Translations under genes and position numbers: made by a program
Shown here: positions 35,026 through 47,703 of the stretch, piece by piece
Numbering within the stretch: the stretch's first letter is position 1
Layout of the letters: every line of letters begins with the position of its first letter
Notes under the pieces: model-generated
Database searches by the model: none
What the model saw: the letters and a program-made list of their open reading frames with translations, nothing else
Told to the model about the DNA's origin: nothing
Assembly (NCBI GenBank): GCA_026026165.1
Contig: JAPEUD010000005.1
Coordinates: 310,001 to 374,000, forward strand
Origin: Sarea resinae
Taxonomy: Eukaryota
Length of the DNA stretch: 64,000 nt
Direction: 5' to 3'

Positions 35026-36494
35026 TCTGGTCTGTAAGGACTAGCATTGGACCATTTATTACCTGTCCTCGACCGTACTTCAATCCTACCGTCAGTGTCT
35101 AATGCCATCCCGCTCTCATGTCCTGGGGCATTTCATCTCTAGACGGCAGACGTTTGTTCTCTTTCGTTCCTACCTTTCCCCGTCTTATTCATATTCAGTG
35201 TATGATACCTTTAGCATTGCAGCATGTCCTCTTATCTTCTCAGTCATCCTGTTTTGCCTCGAGCTATTTTCCTCGAGTCTCTTTTCCTTTCTCCTTTGGT
35301 CAAGAGGGTCTGCTGTATGTGGTACGTGATGTATAGGGAACCTAGCTTTCCCTGATGGTGATGATGGAATCTTTCCTTCTCTTCTTCCTTATCAGTATTC
35401 TACCATCTCAATCGATATGTTTATTAGTATTTTCTCTCAACGCGGTGATGGAATATGTATGAATTAGGCCTATCGTTTCTGTTCCAGTCGTCTTCTATAC
35501 TATGCTATGATTTGATCTGATCTGTTGGGGAAACGAAGAGAGATGAGAGTTGCCGGAAGGATCGGAGTGATGTGGAGCTGGTCAGGCTGGAAGAGGGGAG
35601 ATTTTTGAACTGATATCCCCTTCGCATGACAGATGGATTCTTCCCTTAGGTCATAGGTATTTCATGCGCTCTATCCGAGCCAACATCCTGACTCGTTGCC
35701 GGTCTATGTCGAGCATAACCCCCTTTTTCTGCTAGGAATATACAGTGTGAGATGCTCTCCGCTCGAACAGCAAAGTTGCTAAAAGGCAAGCACACGTGGA
35801 CTAAAGCACGGATGGGAGAGAGAATCAAGTGAGCTTCAGCGACGTAGTGTAGCTGTATCGTAAAGACGACTTCATTAATTCACACGGTCGTACGTGTTAC
35901 ATTCTCGCCTGCTGTCTTCCTGAATTCATGCCTTGTTTGCTGTTGTCTGCATTGTTCGCCTTAGGTGGCTCTGTTGAGATATTCATTTTGAAAGTGGTCA
36001 AGACACACACAACTCGATTGAACAAACAAATCTTTGACACGGTGTCTTGTGTCGCAACAAGCATGGATCGTGATCCTCCACTGGCGGCGGAGGAACTCGA
36101 AGCCCGTGCCCGACGGGTTTATCGACAGAGGCGCATATAGCGCTCGCTAGCTTCGATTACGCTTCTGTCAGATTCCCGTCCCCTTGCTTCATGCACATTT
36201 TGCGACCTGAGATGTCAGCTAAAGCTTGTGCCGCACAATCACCTCCAAGGTCTGACGCGTGGCCTCAACGGACACGGGACAATACATAGCACTTGATCCC
36301 GAGACTGGTCCGATCATCATAAGTCAGATTCAAGCCAGGTGGCCGTGGGAAATAGATAATTGCACCTGAATCCCATCTATTCCTAGCTGAAGACCAGCAC
36401 GCTGCTTCATCATTCCCTGCAAAGCCAACAATCTGTTTCTTGCGTCGTTTGTATGCTCTGAGACGAGCGCATTTCTTTTTCCTGTGATACTACA

Positions 36495-38219
36495 ATGACA
36501 TACTTTGATTCCTCTCAGACTTTGTTATTCCTGATCGTGTGTTCAGTGCTGGTCTACTTTGTTAGAAGATATGAAACCGAGCGCCGCTTCCGCCAATTCG
36601 CTCATGCCAATGGCTGTGAGCCCCCTGTGCGGATACCAGACTTGCTTCCCTGGGGAATCGACCGTATCGTCCGCATACTGCTCTTTCGAGGTGATGTTCT
36701 TGATGAGCTCTTCGTGCCCAAGTTCAATGAGCTGGGCTATACCTTTTCCGGCACGGGCCTCTTCGGGATCAAAATTATCAGTTGCGCGGAGCCCAAGAAC
36801 ATCCAGGCTGCTCTAGCCTTGAAGTTCAAGGACTTCGAGCTCGGAGAGGTTCGGCGGGGCGTCTTTTGGCCGTTGTTGGCTACTGGGATATTCACGGCCG
36901 ACGGACCGGCTTGGGAACATTCGCGGGCGATGCTAAGGCCACAATTTTCCAGAGACCAGATCAGCGACCTCGATACCGCCGAAAAACATGTCCAGCATCT
37001 ATTCCAGGCAATTTCGGCGGCCTCGGAGCGGCAGTCGACAGCAGAGGTCGAGCTGCAGAATCTGTTCTATCGCTTTACCCTGGACACAGCTACAGAATTT
37101 CTCTTCGGCACGAGCGTCAACTCCCAGTCCGCCGCGTTGTCAAGCGTACAGTCTGACAAAGCGGCAAGATCCCGAGCTGAAGGTGGTCCAGCATTCAAAG
37201 AAGCTGAAGAAGAAATGGACTTTGCAGAGGCCTTCACCCTCGCCCAAGACTGGCTAGCGTGGCGTTTTCGATTCCAGGGGCTTTATCCCCTTGCCACTAG
37301 CGCAAAATTTCGGAGATCTTGCACCATATGCCATCAATATGCAGACCAATTCGTCGAATCGGCGCTTCGTAACGCAACCATCGAGGCAGATAGCAAGAAC
37401 GCTGAATCGGGTTCCCGAAGGCCCAAATACTCGTTGTTGGACGCGTTGACTGCAGAGACAAAAGATCCGAAAGAACTACGATATCAGGTCCTGCATATCC
37501 TACTCGCCGGGAGAGATACGACCGCGAGTCTTCTTAGCTGGACTTTCATCCTACTATCTAGACACCCTAAAGTGTGGGAACGGCTACAGGCAGAAGTGGT
37601 AGAGCAATTTGGCACGGAAGATTATCCAAAAGAGATATCCGTCACGACGCTCAGGGCTTGTAAATATCTCCAGCATGTCCTACAGGAAACTCTTCGCTTG
37701 TACCCCATTATTCCCGGGAATCTGCGTGTGGCCACCCGAGATACGGTCTTGCCTGTTGGAGGGGGCAAGGACGGACAAAGCCCCATTGCCATCCGCAAGG
37801 GGACAAGGTTCACGTATTCTGTCTATACGATGCACAGACGAAAGGACATCTGGGGCCCAGATGCCAATGAGTTCAGGCCGGAGAGATGGGACGGGAGAAA
37901 ACACGATTGGTCGTATTTGCCTTTCAATGGAGGACCCAGGATATGCCTTGGACGTGAGTTGCAGATTCGATCTCCTCTTCTCTCCCTTTTTTTCCTTCTT
38001 CTGAAGGATCGTGGTGACTGATGACTCTGGGTACTAGAGCAATACGCCCTTTCCGAAGCCAGCTTCGTCGTCGTTCGAATGCTTCAGCGATTCGCCAAGA
38101 TTGAGGCCACGGATGGAGATGAAGGCCTCAAGAAGGGCATCTCTGTGACACTGTATCCAGCAAACGGCGTTCGAGTTCGGCTTCACCGAGCTCAAGTGCC
38201 GACGGAGATTTGGAAATAG
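36495..38219 (+). CDS. Cytochrome P450, CYP52-clan (alkane/fatty-acid hydroxylase-like)
   Basis: N-terminal TM, GIFTADG..WEHSRAMLRPQF, AGRDTT (I-helix), ETLR (ExxR), FRPERW, and heme motif FNGGPRICLG. Intron 37954-38037, then QQYALSEAS...; stop at 38217-38219. Confidence 0.92.
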
Positions 38220-40404
38220 TACCTTTTGAAGACAAGAATGAACGCCTCTCATGGAGCACCGATGCGGAAGGAGACGAAAGCGCATTCAGGAAAAAGCCCT
38301 CGCAGTCTAATCTTGACGACCATTCACGTAGCCAGCTGTTTTGTCCCTCATGATCATCTTTCCTTTTGCTTCTTTTCTTTATCTTCTTCAGCCGTTCTTT
38401 CCTCCTTGAAGGGAAGGAAGCTTGACGTGATCAGTGGGATTTGCGGTCATTGAACTTATTTCTACTGGGATCATGAATCTCGTCAGGGAAGGCGGGTATC
38501 TAGATAGATATATGTCGATTTCTCACTTCATGAAGTATGAGGGCATCGATGTGGCTGAACAGTAAAAGTCGGGTCGGGATGTACCATGATTGCCATGGAC
38601 GGGTAAATACAGCTCGAGTCTACATGTCCTACTCACTCCAGGCTAAAGCACTGGCATGAGTATTCCTGTCCTTCGACCGACGTAGTACAGTCGTAGACAC
38701 TGGAATGCCGAGATTCAAGGACGGGAGAGAAAGAGATGCAGGATTCTGTATGTATGGATCCTTCAATTTTAGCTGCCTGTGCCTACATAGCACCTTACCT
38801 TACGCCACCGTACCTGACCTGCCTAAGAGGAACATCGTGCGCGATGCTGATAACGGTTCTGTACGGGGTAGCTCGATTCAATTGCGCCGCTGATGCTATC
38901 ATTGAGGGTGGCTGATATTGGCGGTAGTGGTTGTTGTTCTGGATGCCGTCGCTTGTCTGGGATGTCACGCTTCTCCAATCGACCACCTAACCATGTCGAT
39001 GCATTCATTTCTAGCGACACTATTCTCGTCGTTCTTTACTTTCCTCGTTCTTCGCCGCCGTCGTGGTTGTCTTTGTCGTTGTCGTCTTCTGCCCTTTCTG
39101 CTTTTTCTGTACTACTTCTTCACTGACAGTATTGATGCTTGCTATCGGACTGTCATACATGTACCGTATTTGTACGCTGGGACGACGTACGCAGTATGTA
39201 TGCAGAAATGTATTGCAGATATGCACGTCTCTTTGTGGTAGGTGGTGGCTCAACTACTCAGACAACTGCTCCGGAGTACGAATTACCTTGCCTTGCCTCT
39301 GCGGATGTTGATCCTAGCAGACATGCACACGCGTGATATGGCTGCTGATTGGTGTGCAGATAAGACGATGAAGTCAGCACCTTATTTGTGCCATGGATTT
39401 CAAGGAACCTACTCTAAGTCATGGGGAGACTCCGGGGGGGGAGGGCATGAGTATGGGTGGCTTGGATCGTCTGCTCCAATCTTCCACCTCTCAACAATTT
39501 CACGCTTCAATTCGGATTCTCACACGTTCAGCGACACGCGCCTAATGGTTCTTGCCGTGGCAAGCTGGATGATAGTAGCGGCGTCCAAGAAAGCTGACAA
39601 GCAAGCTCCTTTGGAGGACAAACGGGCGGCACTGCTTTTGGCAGAGAGAAGATAAGCGAGGGGTCCAGGGGTCACTATCGTCCGAGGGGTCCGGCCCTCG
39701 GCCATTCAACCTTACCAGTCATGTACGAAGTTACTCATGCGTGGAACTGTGTTAGATTATGTCGTCTCCACACTAAGAGACTAGTGATTGCCACTACGAT
39801 ACGATGGGAAATGATTCAAGCTTGGAAAAGGGGGGACTCTTCGATCATCAGGGCCGTGACCAATATCAGGTAAAGCGCCCCATGTTCTGCTTATCGAGCT
39901 TGCATGCACTAACCCCTGATGCATGTTGATCAGCCTCCCGTCGGACGAGGCGCTTGGCCATGTCCGATAAGCCGGCATCTCATCATCAATCCATATACCA
40001 GCTTGATTGGCTCATCGGTGTATCCGCTCGTGATGAAGAGGCACATGCTGCTCTGAAATGAATGATCCAATGATCCGAGCAAAGCACCTCAGGCACCGCC
40101 AATCTATGTATGAACGCAGCACTTCGTATAGGATCCTTCTGTGGATAATCAAGGCATCTCTCCTAGGTAGTAGACCACCTCATTTCCTATCGCACTATTA
40201 CGTTGCGGGGAGCACACCAAATCAAGTCCGGGCATCCATGCTGTCCCGGCACACACCGCGGAGGATAGTGTTTCCCGATGTCTTTCCTTCCGGAGACAAG
40301 CGCGTGGGGAGAGACTGGCCGATCAGCATTTCGTTGTGTGTGTATATTATGGAGACAGTCTCGCTCACTCGATGTTTGCAAGCCATTGAGTGACCTGGCC
40401 GACC

Positions 40405-42428
40405 ATGTGGTTTTCTTCTGTCCTTACGGTTGGTTTCCTCGCCTTGAGTGCCTTGGCCTCACCGGCGGCACGTCATGTCGTCCACGAGAAGAGGAGCAGT
40501 GCACCTCCGGGTTGGAGGAAGCACACCAAACTCAACGGTGATACTGTCCTTCCGGTGAAGATCGCGTTGACGCAGCAAAACTTGCACCGCGGGGATGAGT
40601 TTCTGATGGACGTGTCTCATCCGGATTCTCCTAATTTTGGGAAGCATTGGTCTGCCAAACAGGTGGCGGAGATGTTTGCGCCGAGCGAGGAGTCTGTCGA
40701 CAAGGTCAAAGGCTGGCTTGCCAGTTCTGGTATCAGCACCGACCGCGTGAAGCAGTCACAGAGCCTGAGCTGGCTCAATGTCAATGCTACCGTTGACGAG
40801 GTCGAACGCCTGCTCCAGACGGAGTACTATCTTTACCAACACCACACCGGTCACCCGCATATAGCCTGCGACTCCTACTCGGTCCCTGAGCACGTCCGTG
40901 AACACGTCGATTTCATCACGCCCACGGTTCACTTCGACGCCAAAGTGAACATTCCCAAACCTGGCAATGACTTGTCGAAGCGCCAAGAGCCTATTGACCT
41001 TGCAGCGATTGGCTCGACCGTCGTGCCGGGCACCGGTTCTGGCATCTCCAAACCTGGTTCTGGATCGCTGCCGAAGCCGGGCAGGAAAATCGACATGTCG
41101 GCAAACAATACCGATCTTTCCACTTGTGACCAGTACATCACTCCTGATTGTCTCCGGGCCCTCTATCAATTTGGCAAAGGGAACTCGTCCAGCTCAAAGA
41201 ACAGCTATGGCATTGTGGAGTATTCGCCGCAAGCTTATCTGCAGTCGGACCTCGATCTGTTTTTTGCATTCTTCTCGTGGAAGCTTTTTGGGACTACCCC
41301 CAAGACCGACTCGATCGACGGAGGATATGCTCAGTCTATCCTGCAAGCATTCGACTACAACGGCGAGTCGGATCTGGACTTGCAGTACGCCATGACCCTC
41401 GTGTATCCTCAAGAAGTCACACTCTTCCAGGCGGGAGATATCTTCGAGTCCGCTTCGTTCAATAACTTTCTGGACGCCATTGATGGTTCCTACTGCACGT
41501 ACGAGGGTGGTGACGATCCGACTCAGGATTCGGTCTACCCTGACAAGAATTATACAGGCGGTTATACCGGACCGGAGAACTGTGGCGGCTACTCGGCGAC
41601 GAACGTCATCTCGACTTCGTACGGATACAACGAGGCCGACCTGACTCCTTTCTACGAGGAGCGCCAGTGTCACGAATACATGAAGCTTGGCCTGCAGGGC
41701 GTTACCTTCTTGTATTCGTCCGGAGACAATGGTGTGGCCGGTAATCTAGGTCAATGCATCGACCCGGCGACGAAGGCATACAACAACGGCACGAGCGGTC
41801 TATTCAACCCGTCTTTCCCACCGACATGTCCGTACGTCACCGCTGTTGGCGCTACCCAGGTCAACCCCGGTTCAAGCGTGACGGATCCCGAGGGAGCTTC
41901 CGAGCAGGTCATCTACTCTGGCGGCGGCTTCAGCAACGTCTTCTCTCAGCCATCCTACCAAGCTTCAGCCATCAAGGAGTATTATGCCAACCACGCACCA
42001 TCATACGGTGCCGATCGATACAACAACTCGCAGACCACTCGAGGATATCCGGATGTGGCCGCGAACGGTGCCAACTACGTTGTGGCAGTCGGTATGAGCG
42101 ATTCCTCCCATTTGCGTAGTCGTCAGCTAATCCGAACGTGGTAGATGGAAACTTCACCCTCGTCTATGGCACCTCTGCAAGCTCTCCCACGTTCGGTTCG
42201 GTCATCACGCTGATCAACGAGCAACGGATCAGCAACGGTAAGAACCCCGTAGGGTTCCTGAACCCGACTCTGTACTCCCACCCCGAGGTGCTCAACGACA
42301 TCACCATTGGCGGTAACCAGGGCTGCGGGACTGCCGGGTTCACGGCCGTCGAAGGGTGGGATCCCGTCACTGGACTGGGTACTCCCAATTATCCCAAGCT
42401 TCTAGACTTGTATCTCTCGTTGCCTTAG
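40405..42428 (+). CDS. Secreted sedolisin (S53) tripeptidyl-peptidase
   Basis: Signal peptide, pro-domain (VSHPDSPNFGKHWS), ESDLD (catalytic E/D), SSGDNG, GGGFSN, GTSASSP (catalytic Ser), GWDPVTGLGTP. Intron 42092-42144. Confidence 0.93.
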
Positions 42429-42747
42429 AATTTTCCTTCGTTGAGACTTTGTTCATTCTCGCACAGAGAAAGAATTCACTTTAGAGATCATGTATTTCTG
42501 CCAGGAGCGGGAACCTTGTATGATCGTGTCGAAAGGACTATAATTTGGTCTGAAGCGTTGAATGTGAGAACGGTGGTGTATCGTCGTTGTTGCTGTAGAC
42601 ATCTCAGCCCTATGACCGCATGTCAACACGCCCATGGCGGCTGGCTTGGCGAGACATACCGTCGCAACCGCCAACATTATCAACATCGCCATCCCCATCC
42701 CCATCCCCATCCCCGCCGCGCGCAAGAGTGAAATCCCAACACCCATC

Positions 42748-44397
42748 ATGCCCTTCCCGTTTACTCTGCCCACGACGTCCTACCTGACCTTCTCATCCTT
42801 CCTCAGCAGCTCCACGCACCCGTCTCTCCCACTGACCGCGACCACGCACCGCGGCGTCCTCCGCGACACGCTCAAACGGCACAAGCGGCTACCAGGCTCG
42901 GCCCAAGCCTCGAACCTCTCGACCGTCCTCTCAGCCCTGACAGACTACCTCCCCTACCTCTTCGCACTCGACACCGGTCTCAGCCATGGCCGCATCTCGG
43001 GTGAAGAGATCCACGTCGTCCTCGAGCGCGAACCCACCGTCGAATGGCGCGCCACCCTCTCGGCCTCGCCGTTGCCCGGCCGCGAACCGGCTAGAGTCAA
43101 GCTCCATAGCCTCGAGCACGAGCTCTGCTTCACGCTGCTGACGCTGGCATACACGCACACGCTCCTCGCACGCACGCACCTGCAGACGCTGTACGCGCCG
43201 ACGACGCCGACGCCGGAGCAGCGCACGAGCGCCATCACGAGCGCCACCAAGCACCTGCTCAGCGCGCACTCGATCCACACGTACCTGGTCTCGCGCTCGA
43301 CGCAACGGGGCGGCAGCAGCAGCAGCAGCTCACCACCGCCGACGAGGCCAACGCCGACACCGATACCCGAGCTCTCGCCACAGACGCAGAGCGCGCTGGC
43401 CGAGCTCGCCCTCGCCGACGCCACTCTCCTGGCCGTGCTCAAGGACGACCCCTACCCGGCCGCCGTGGCGCAGGCGCGCAACAAGAACGACAAGGAGTGG
43501 ATGATCAAGGCGCCGGACATTCCGAAGGTGCGAGCGCATCTGTTCGCGCGGCTGTGTCTGGCGGCCGCCGAGCACGCCGCGCGCGCCCAGGGGATGCTGA
43601 GTCGCGCCGCTGCTGCCGCCGCCGCTGCTGCCACCACGACCTCCTCTTCCTCCCCAGGCTCGTCATCTTCCCTTCGCATCGATCCCGCCCTCCCCAAGTA
43701 CCTCGACTCGCTGCGCCGCGTCGCCCGCGCCAAGGCTTGTCGCTTCCTAGGTACCGACGCGGACCTGGCCTCGCGCACCGCCGAAGCAATCGCCTGGTCG
43801 CAAGCCGCCCTATCGGAACTGGGTCTCGGGCCCTCCCCCTCCGCCTCATCCCCCACCACTTCTTCCTCTTCCTCCTCTTCCTCCCCATCCAGCCGATTCT
43901 CCCAATTGAAAAACACCTATCTCTCCTCACGCGAAGACCGCCGTCTCGCCTCCGCCAACGCCAACCCATCCTCCTCTTCCTCTCCCTTCCTCAACAAAAC
44001 CGCCCACCCCAAACCCGCCGACCAGTGGGGTCTCGACGCCGGCGTCCACGAAGAATCCCGCGTCCTCTCACTCCTGGCCACGTCCTGGTCCCGCACCAAC
44101 GACCTGATCAACACGCAGCCGGTGCCGGCCTTTGGGCCGCTGCTCGCCCGTCTGCCGTCCGGGCGCGAGATCCACTCGCCGCTCGTGTATAGCCCGCCTG
44201 CACTAGACGCCGAGGCGGTAGTCGGGCTCAGGGCCGCGGTGCCCGAGGGCGAGGCGGGGTATGCCGGCGAGGGCGACGGCGGTGGCGAGGCCGACAGCGG
44301 TGATGAAGAGTTTGAGGCTGGTAGTGGGGGTGGTGGGGTCGTACCGGGGGCTTTTCCGGGCGAGGCGCATCAGGGGCAGGCCACGTCGTATTTCTGA
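42748..44397 (+). CDS. palC: pH-response regulator PalC (BRO1-like domain)
   Basis: MPFPFTLPTTS start, LAVLKDDPYPAAVAQARNKNDKEWMIKAPDIPKVRAHLFARLCLAAAEHA, NDLINTQ, LPSGREIH; C-terminus ends in aromatic residues (SYF). Confidence 0.9.
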   Translation: MPFPFTLPTTSYLTFSSFLSSSTHPSLPLTATTHRGVLRDTLKRHKRLPGSAQASNLSTVLSALTDYLPYLFALDTGLSHGRISGEEIHVVLEREPTVEWRATLSASPLPGREPARVKLHSLEHELCFTLLTLAYTHTLLARTHLQTLYAPTTPTPEQRTSAITSATKHLLSAHSIHTYLVSRSTQRGGSSSSSSPPPTRPTPTPIPELSPQTQSALAELALADATLLAVLKDDPYPAAVAQARNKNDKEWMIKAPDIPKVRAHLFARLCLAAAEHAARAQGMLSRAAAAAAAAATTTSSSSPGSSSSLRIDPALPKYLDSLRRVARAKACRFLGTDADLASRTAEAIAWSQAALSELGLGPSPSASSPTTSSSSSSSSPSSRFSQLKNTYLSSREDRRLASANANPSSSSSPFLNKTAHPKPADQWGLDAGVHEESRVLSLLATSWSRTNDLINTQPVPAFGPLLARLPSGREIHSPLVYSPPALDAEAVVGLRAAVPEGEAGYAGEGDGGGEADSGDEEFEAGSGGGGVVPGAFPGEAHQGQATSYF

Positions 44398-45387
44398 TCG
44401 TCTTAGATCTCTTCTCTCTCTTTCATCCCCCCCCCCCCCCTTTCTTCCTCCCTCTATCCCTCTCTAGCTCTCTAGCTATCTAGGCTATCAACCCTTCACA
44501 CCTGCGTCCCCAGAGCCATCTTTAGACTTCAGTGCCATCTTATTCGACCTCGCCTAAATCCACTATTTGACTCCCCCCCTATCCCGCTATCACTTAGATC
44601 CACCCTTTTACTTCCCCGATCCCCTCTCCCGTTCTCCTGTCCTGTCCCTGTGCCTGTCTCTTTATCCCGCCGCTGTCATCCCCTCTTTCCCTTCTCCCTC
44701 CCTCTATATAAAAGCAAACAAACAAACTAACTAACTAACAAACAAACAAACAAATCTACAACCCCTGCATCTCTCTCAATCTCAATCTCTATCCTAGTAT
44801 CTCATCCTTTAAACCCCTCTCAAGAACCTCCACCTCGCAACGTTCAGATAAACCTATTCAAAAAGGAAGGGCCTTGGAAAAGAGTTCAAAGGAGAGAGAA
44901 GAGAAGGAGAAGAGATAGAGAGAAAGAGATGTAGAGAAGAGAAGAGACAGATGGAGATACGGATAAGAGGATAGAAAGAGTTTGAGAGGAAGAGTTTGAG
45001 AGAAAGAAGAGATACAGATAGAGAGAGAGATACAGATAGAAAAAGATAGAGACACGACTAGAGATACAGATGATAGAAAAGAGTCTGCTCTAGGAAGCGG
45101 GGGGTGCTCTAGTCTGCTCTAGAAGGGGGGACAGTCTGGTCGGCTCAACTCAGCTCTGGTCGGCTCAACTACTACCATCTGCTAGAATCAAAATAATGCC
45201 CTCGCCTCTCCTCTCCTCTCCTCTCCTATTCAACCTACATACACATACACATACGCACGTTTATAAACGTCTTGACTACTAATAAACTCACACTAACGAC
45301 AACAAAGACACAATAATCATGATCATGATAACGGACAACGGCACTGCTGTGGGAGCTGTAAGAGGTGGGAAAGTTGTATGAGACAAT

Positions 45388-45458
45388 GAGAGTTATACGA
45401 GTTGTAAGAGTTATACGAGTTGTGAGGGCTGTAAGAGCTATAAGGGTTGTAAGGGTTA
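45388..45458. repeat. Degenerate 9-bp tandem repeat (GRGYTRTAA-like), ~8 units
   Basis: gagttatac gagttgtaa gagttatac gagttgtga gggctgtaa gagctataa gggttgtaa gggttata. Confidence 0.85.
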
Positions 45459-45903
45459 TATATTTCTGTAACAGCACGCACGCACTCTCCGCCCCTCTTA
45501 CATCTGCCCTCTCTACCTCTCTCTAGACCCCTCTTACACCGCTGCTCTCTCCACCTCTCTTCCACCTCTCGTACTCAAAGCCACTCCAAAACACAGCTAG
45601 TCCATCCACCGAACAACTACGACGGAGTCACAGCACTAGTCTAGGTTTCTCTCCCTTTTAGATCCCACTTTCCTCTGGTTTTCATACTTTGTTCATGATC
45701 GCAAAAAAGAGAGGGTGGGGGGTTTGGATAAACCGAATTTTTGAATTTTGTTCGCGAAAATGGGGATGTGGAGAAAAAGATATGGATGGGAGATCCCGAA
45801 TGAGATGATATGAGAAGGACAACGCAGAGAGCGCAGAGGACGCAGAGAACGAGGGCTAGAGCTAGCGATGTAAGGAGAATTGGATGGTTTGTATGAACAC
45901 CAT

Positions 45904-45906
<3 letters not shown>

Positions 45907-45945
<39 letters not shown>

Positions 45946-45955
45946 GAGACATATA

Positions 45956-46011
<56 letters not shown>
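45907..46011. repeat. Adjacent (CA)n and (CT)n microsatellites
   Basis: (AC)n at ~45907-45940 followed by (CT)n at ~45956-46011. Confidence 0.95.
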
Positions 46012-46013
<2 letters not shown>

Positions 46014-46220
46014 GGCCGTCTGTCGGTGCAGAAACTCCCTAGCGTCTGTATCTGCCTGCATTCTTGTTTCGATGCCCATGCCTATCGTGGCATCATTCGT
46101 AGCCGTCCTCTATTGCTTCTCCGTGCTCTCGGCTTTGGTATGGGCCTTCCACGCCTTGCCATCGTCTGCCTTTCTCTCATCCAATTTCATCAATCTTATC
46201 CCGTCTCATCCTGAGCAACT

Positions 46221-46221
<1 letters not shown>

Positions 46222-46292
<71 letters not shown>

Positions 46293-46319
46293 ACCCCCCC
46301 CCCCCCCCCCCCCCCCCCC
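46222..46319. repeat. ~98-nt poly-C homopolymer with one A interruption
   Basis: Direct read; A at 46293. Confidence 0.95.
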
Positions 46320-46356
46320 TCTCCCCTCCCCCACCTCTCCCGTGGCCCACGCGCAT

Positions 46357-46980
46357 CTATTTTTCGGGAACATAATTCTGCTGGTCGAACAGGAAACCAC
46401 GGATCTTGGATTCCTTGAGGAGTTCAAAGTAGCGGTCTGTTTGGGTGTTGTCGGATTGTTAGCGTGGTGGGTCTGGTTAGGAAGAACAAGAGAAAGATGT
46501 GCAGAAGGTAAAGGAAGTGAAAAGGAGGAAAAGCGTAGAGGGGGTTTGGTGGCTTCGGAGGTTGGAGGGAGGGAGAGAGAGAGGGAGAGAAAAGAGTGAA
46601 GGGCGGGAAGAGCCAAAGCTATCGCCCTTCTCTCACTCTTCTCCTCTCTCTCTCCACTCCATCTCTATCAATCATCCCATCCCATCTGCCCTTTCCCCCT
46701 CCCATTCTCTCTCCAACCCCTCCACAGAACAAAAACCCAACAAACAACAATACATACCTCTCAACTTGCCACAGCCGGCCAAGTGATTGACGCCCTCACG
46801 ATAATAACAGCGGCCCAGCTCCTCGCGCACCAGCCGTGCCATCATACTCCGCACCCACTGCTCGCGCACGATCGAATCCTGCGCCGCCTTCAGCGCCGCC
46901 GTGTCATCATAGTCGACGCCGTCGAAGCTGGGTGGCACCGAGGGCTTCTTGGCCAGGAAGGCTGCCGATTCAGCGGGCAT
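46357..46980 (-). CDS. NDUFB10: NADH:ubiquinone oxidoreductase ~12-kDa accessory subunit (NDUFB10/PDSW family)
   Basis: Exon 1 46980-46758 (MPAESAAFLAKKP..IVREQWV..EELGRCYYREGVNHLAGCGKLR). Intron 46757-46437 (GTATGT...GCTAAC...CAG). Exon 2 DRYFELLKESKIRGFLFDQQNYVPEK*. Confidence 0.88.
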
Positions 46981-47703
46981 TTTTTTGGGATGCTGGGGGA
47001 TTGGATAGTGGTAGTGGAGGTGGATCGGTCGATCAAGTGAGAAAACGACACACGGGGGCGATGCAAGCCGGAGTCGTTGGAGCTATGGCCGATTGGAGTT
47101 GAGGGACCACCTGGTGTGAGAGGGAATCGAGCTTTCTGGAGAAGTGAGGATCAATTGATTCAGTCGTGTTGGGTTGAGCCTGGATCAATTGACGCACGGA
47201 GCAGTGGAGGTAGGTACGGTAGCGTACGAGTAGATCGGTCGGTGGTGATGAGATGAGGCTCTTCCGGCTCGGTCTGGTTCGGACCCCGGAATTTGGACTT
47301 CAAAGGTACAACACCGAAGTATACCCACCTACTCATAGTACATAGTATTTCTTGATGCGCTGCAAGTGTTCTAATAGGCATCTCATACCATAAGGTATGT
47401 GGCGGCCAAAGAGACTTGAATCGATGAGAAAGAGCTTCGGCTTATTAATATGTGCTCCATTCAAAATGGTTTGCACCTTGGAATACAGCAATATAAACAA
47501 AGCTCGGTGAATATTGGATTTCTATCTGTACAAACAGTATCTATACAAAATATAGAGAGGTCGAGATATGGGACATCTCCGGGCCCGACACATTTCGTCC
47601 CTTTTCATGTGCACACGCTGTCGGCATCCGTCTGGGCCCCGCAATCTTTTAGACCGGAGTTGGCTCTCCTCCATCAAACAATACAATCAACGCAGCCAGC
47701 CAT

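Noticed and set aside
42634..42747. In-frame upstream ATG extending PalC (IPIPIPIP)
   Set aside because: It encodes an (ATCCCC)n repeat; MPFPFTLPTTS matches the usual PalC start.
45430..45460. TAAGGGTTGTAAGGGTTA looks telomere-like
   Set aside because: It is part of a 9-bp degenerate array, not (TTAGGG)n.
45880..46616. ORFs encoding poly-Pro/poly-Gly and HT/SL repeats
   Set aside because: Translations of microsatellites and the poly-C run; they overlap NDUFB10 exon 2.
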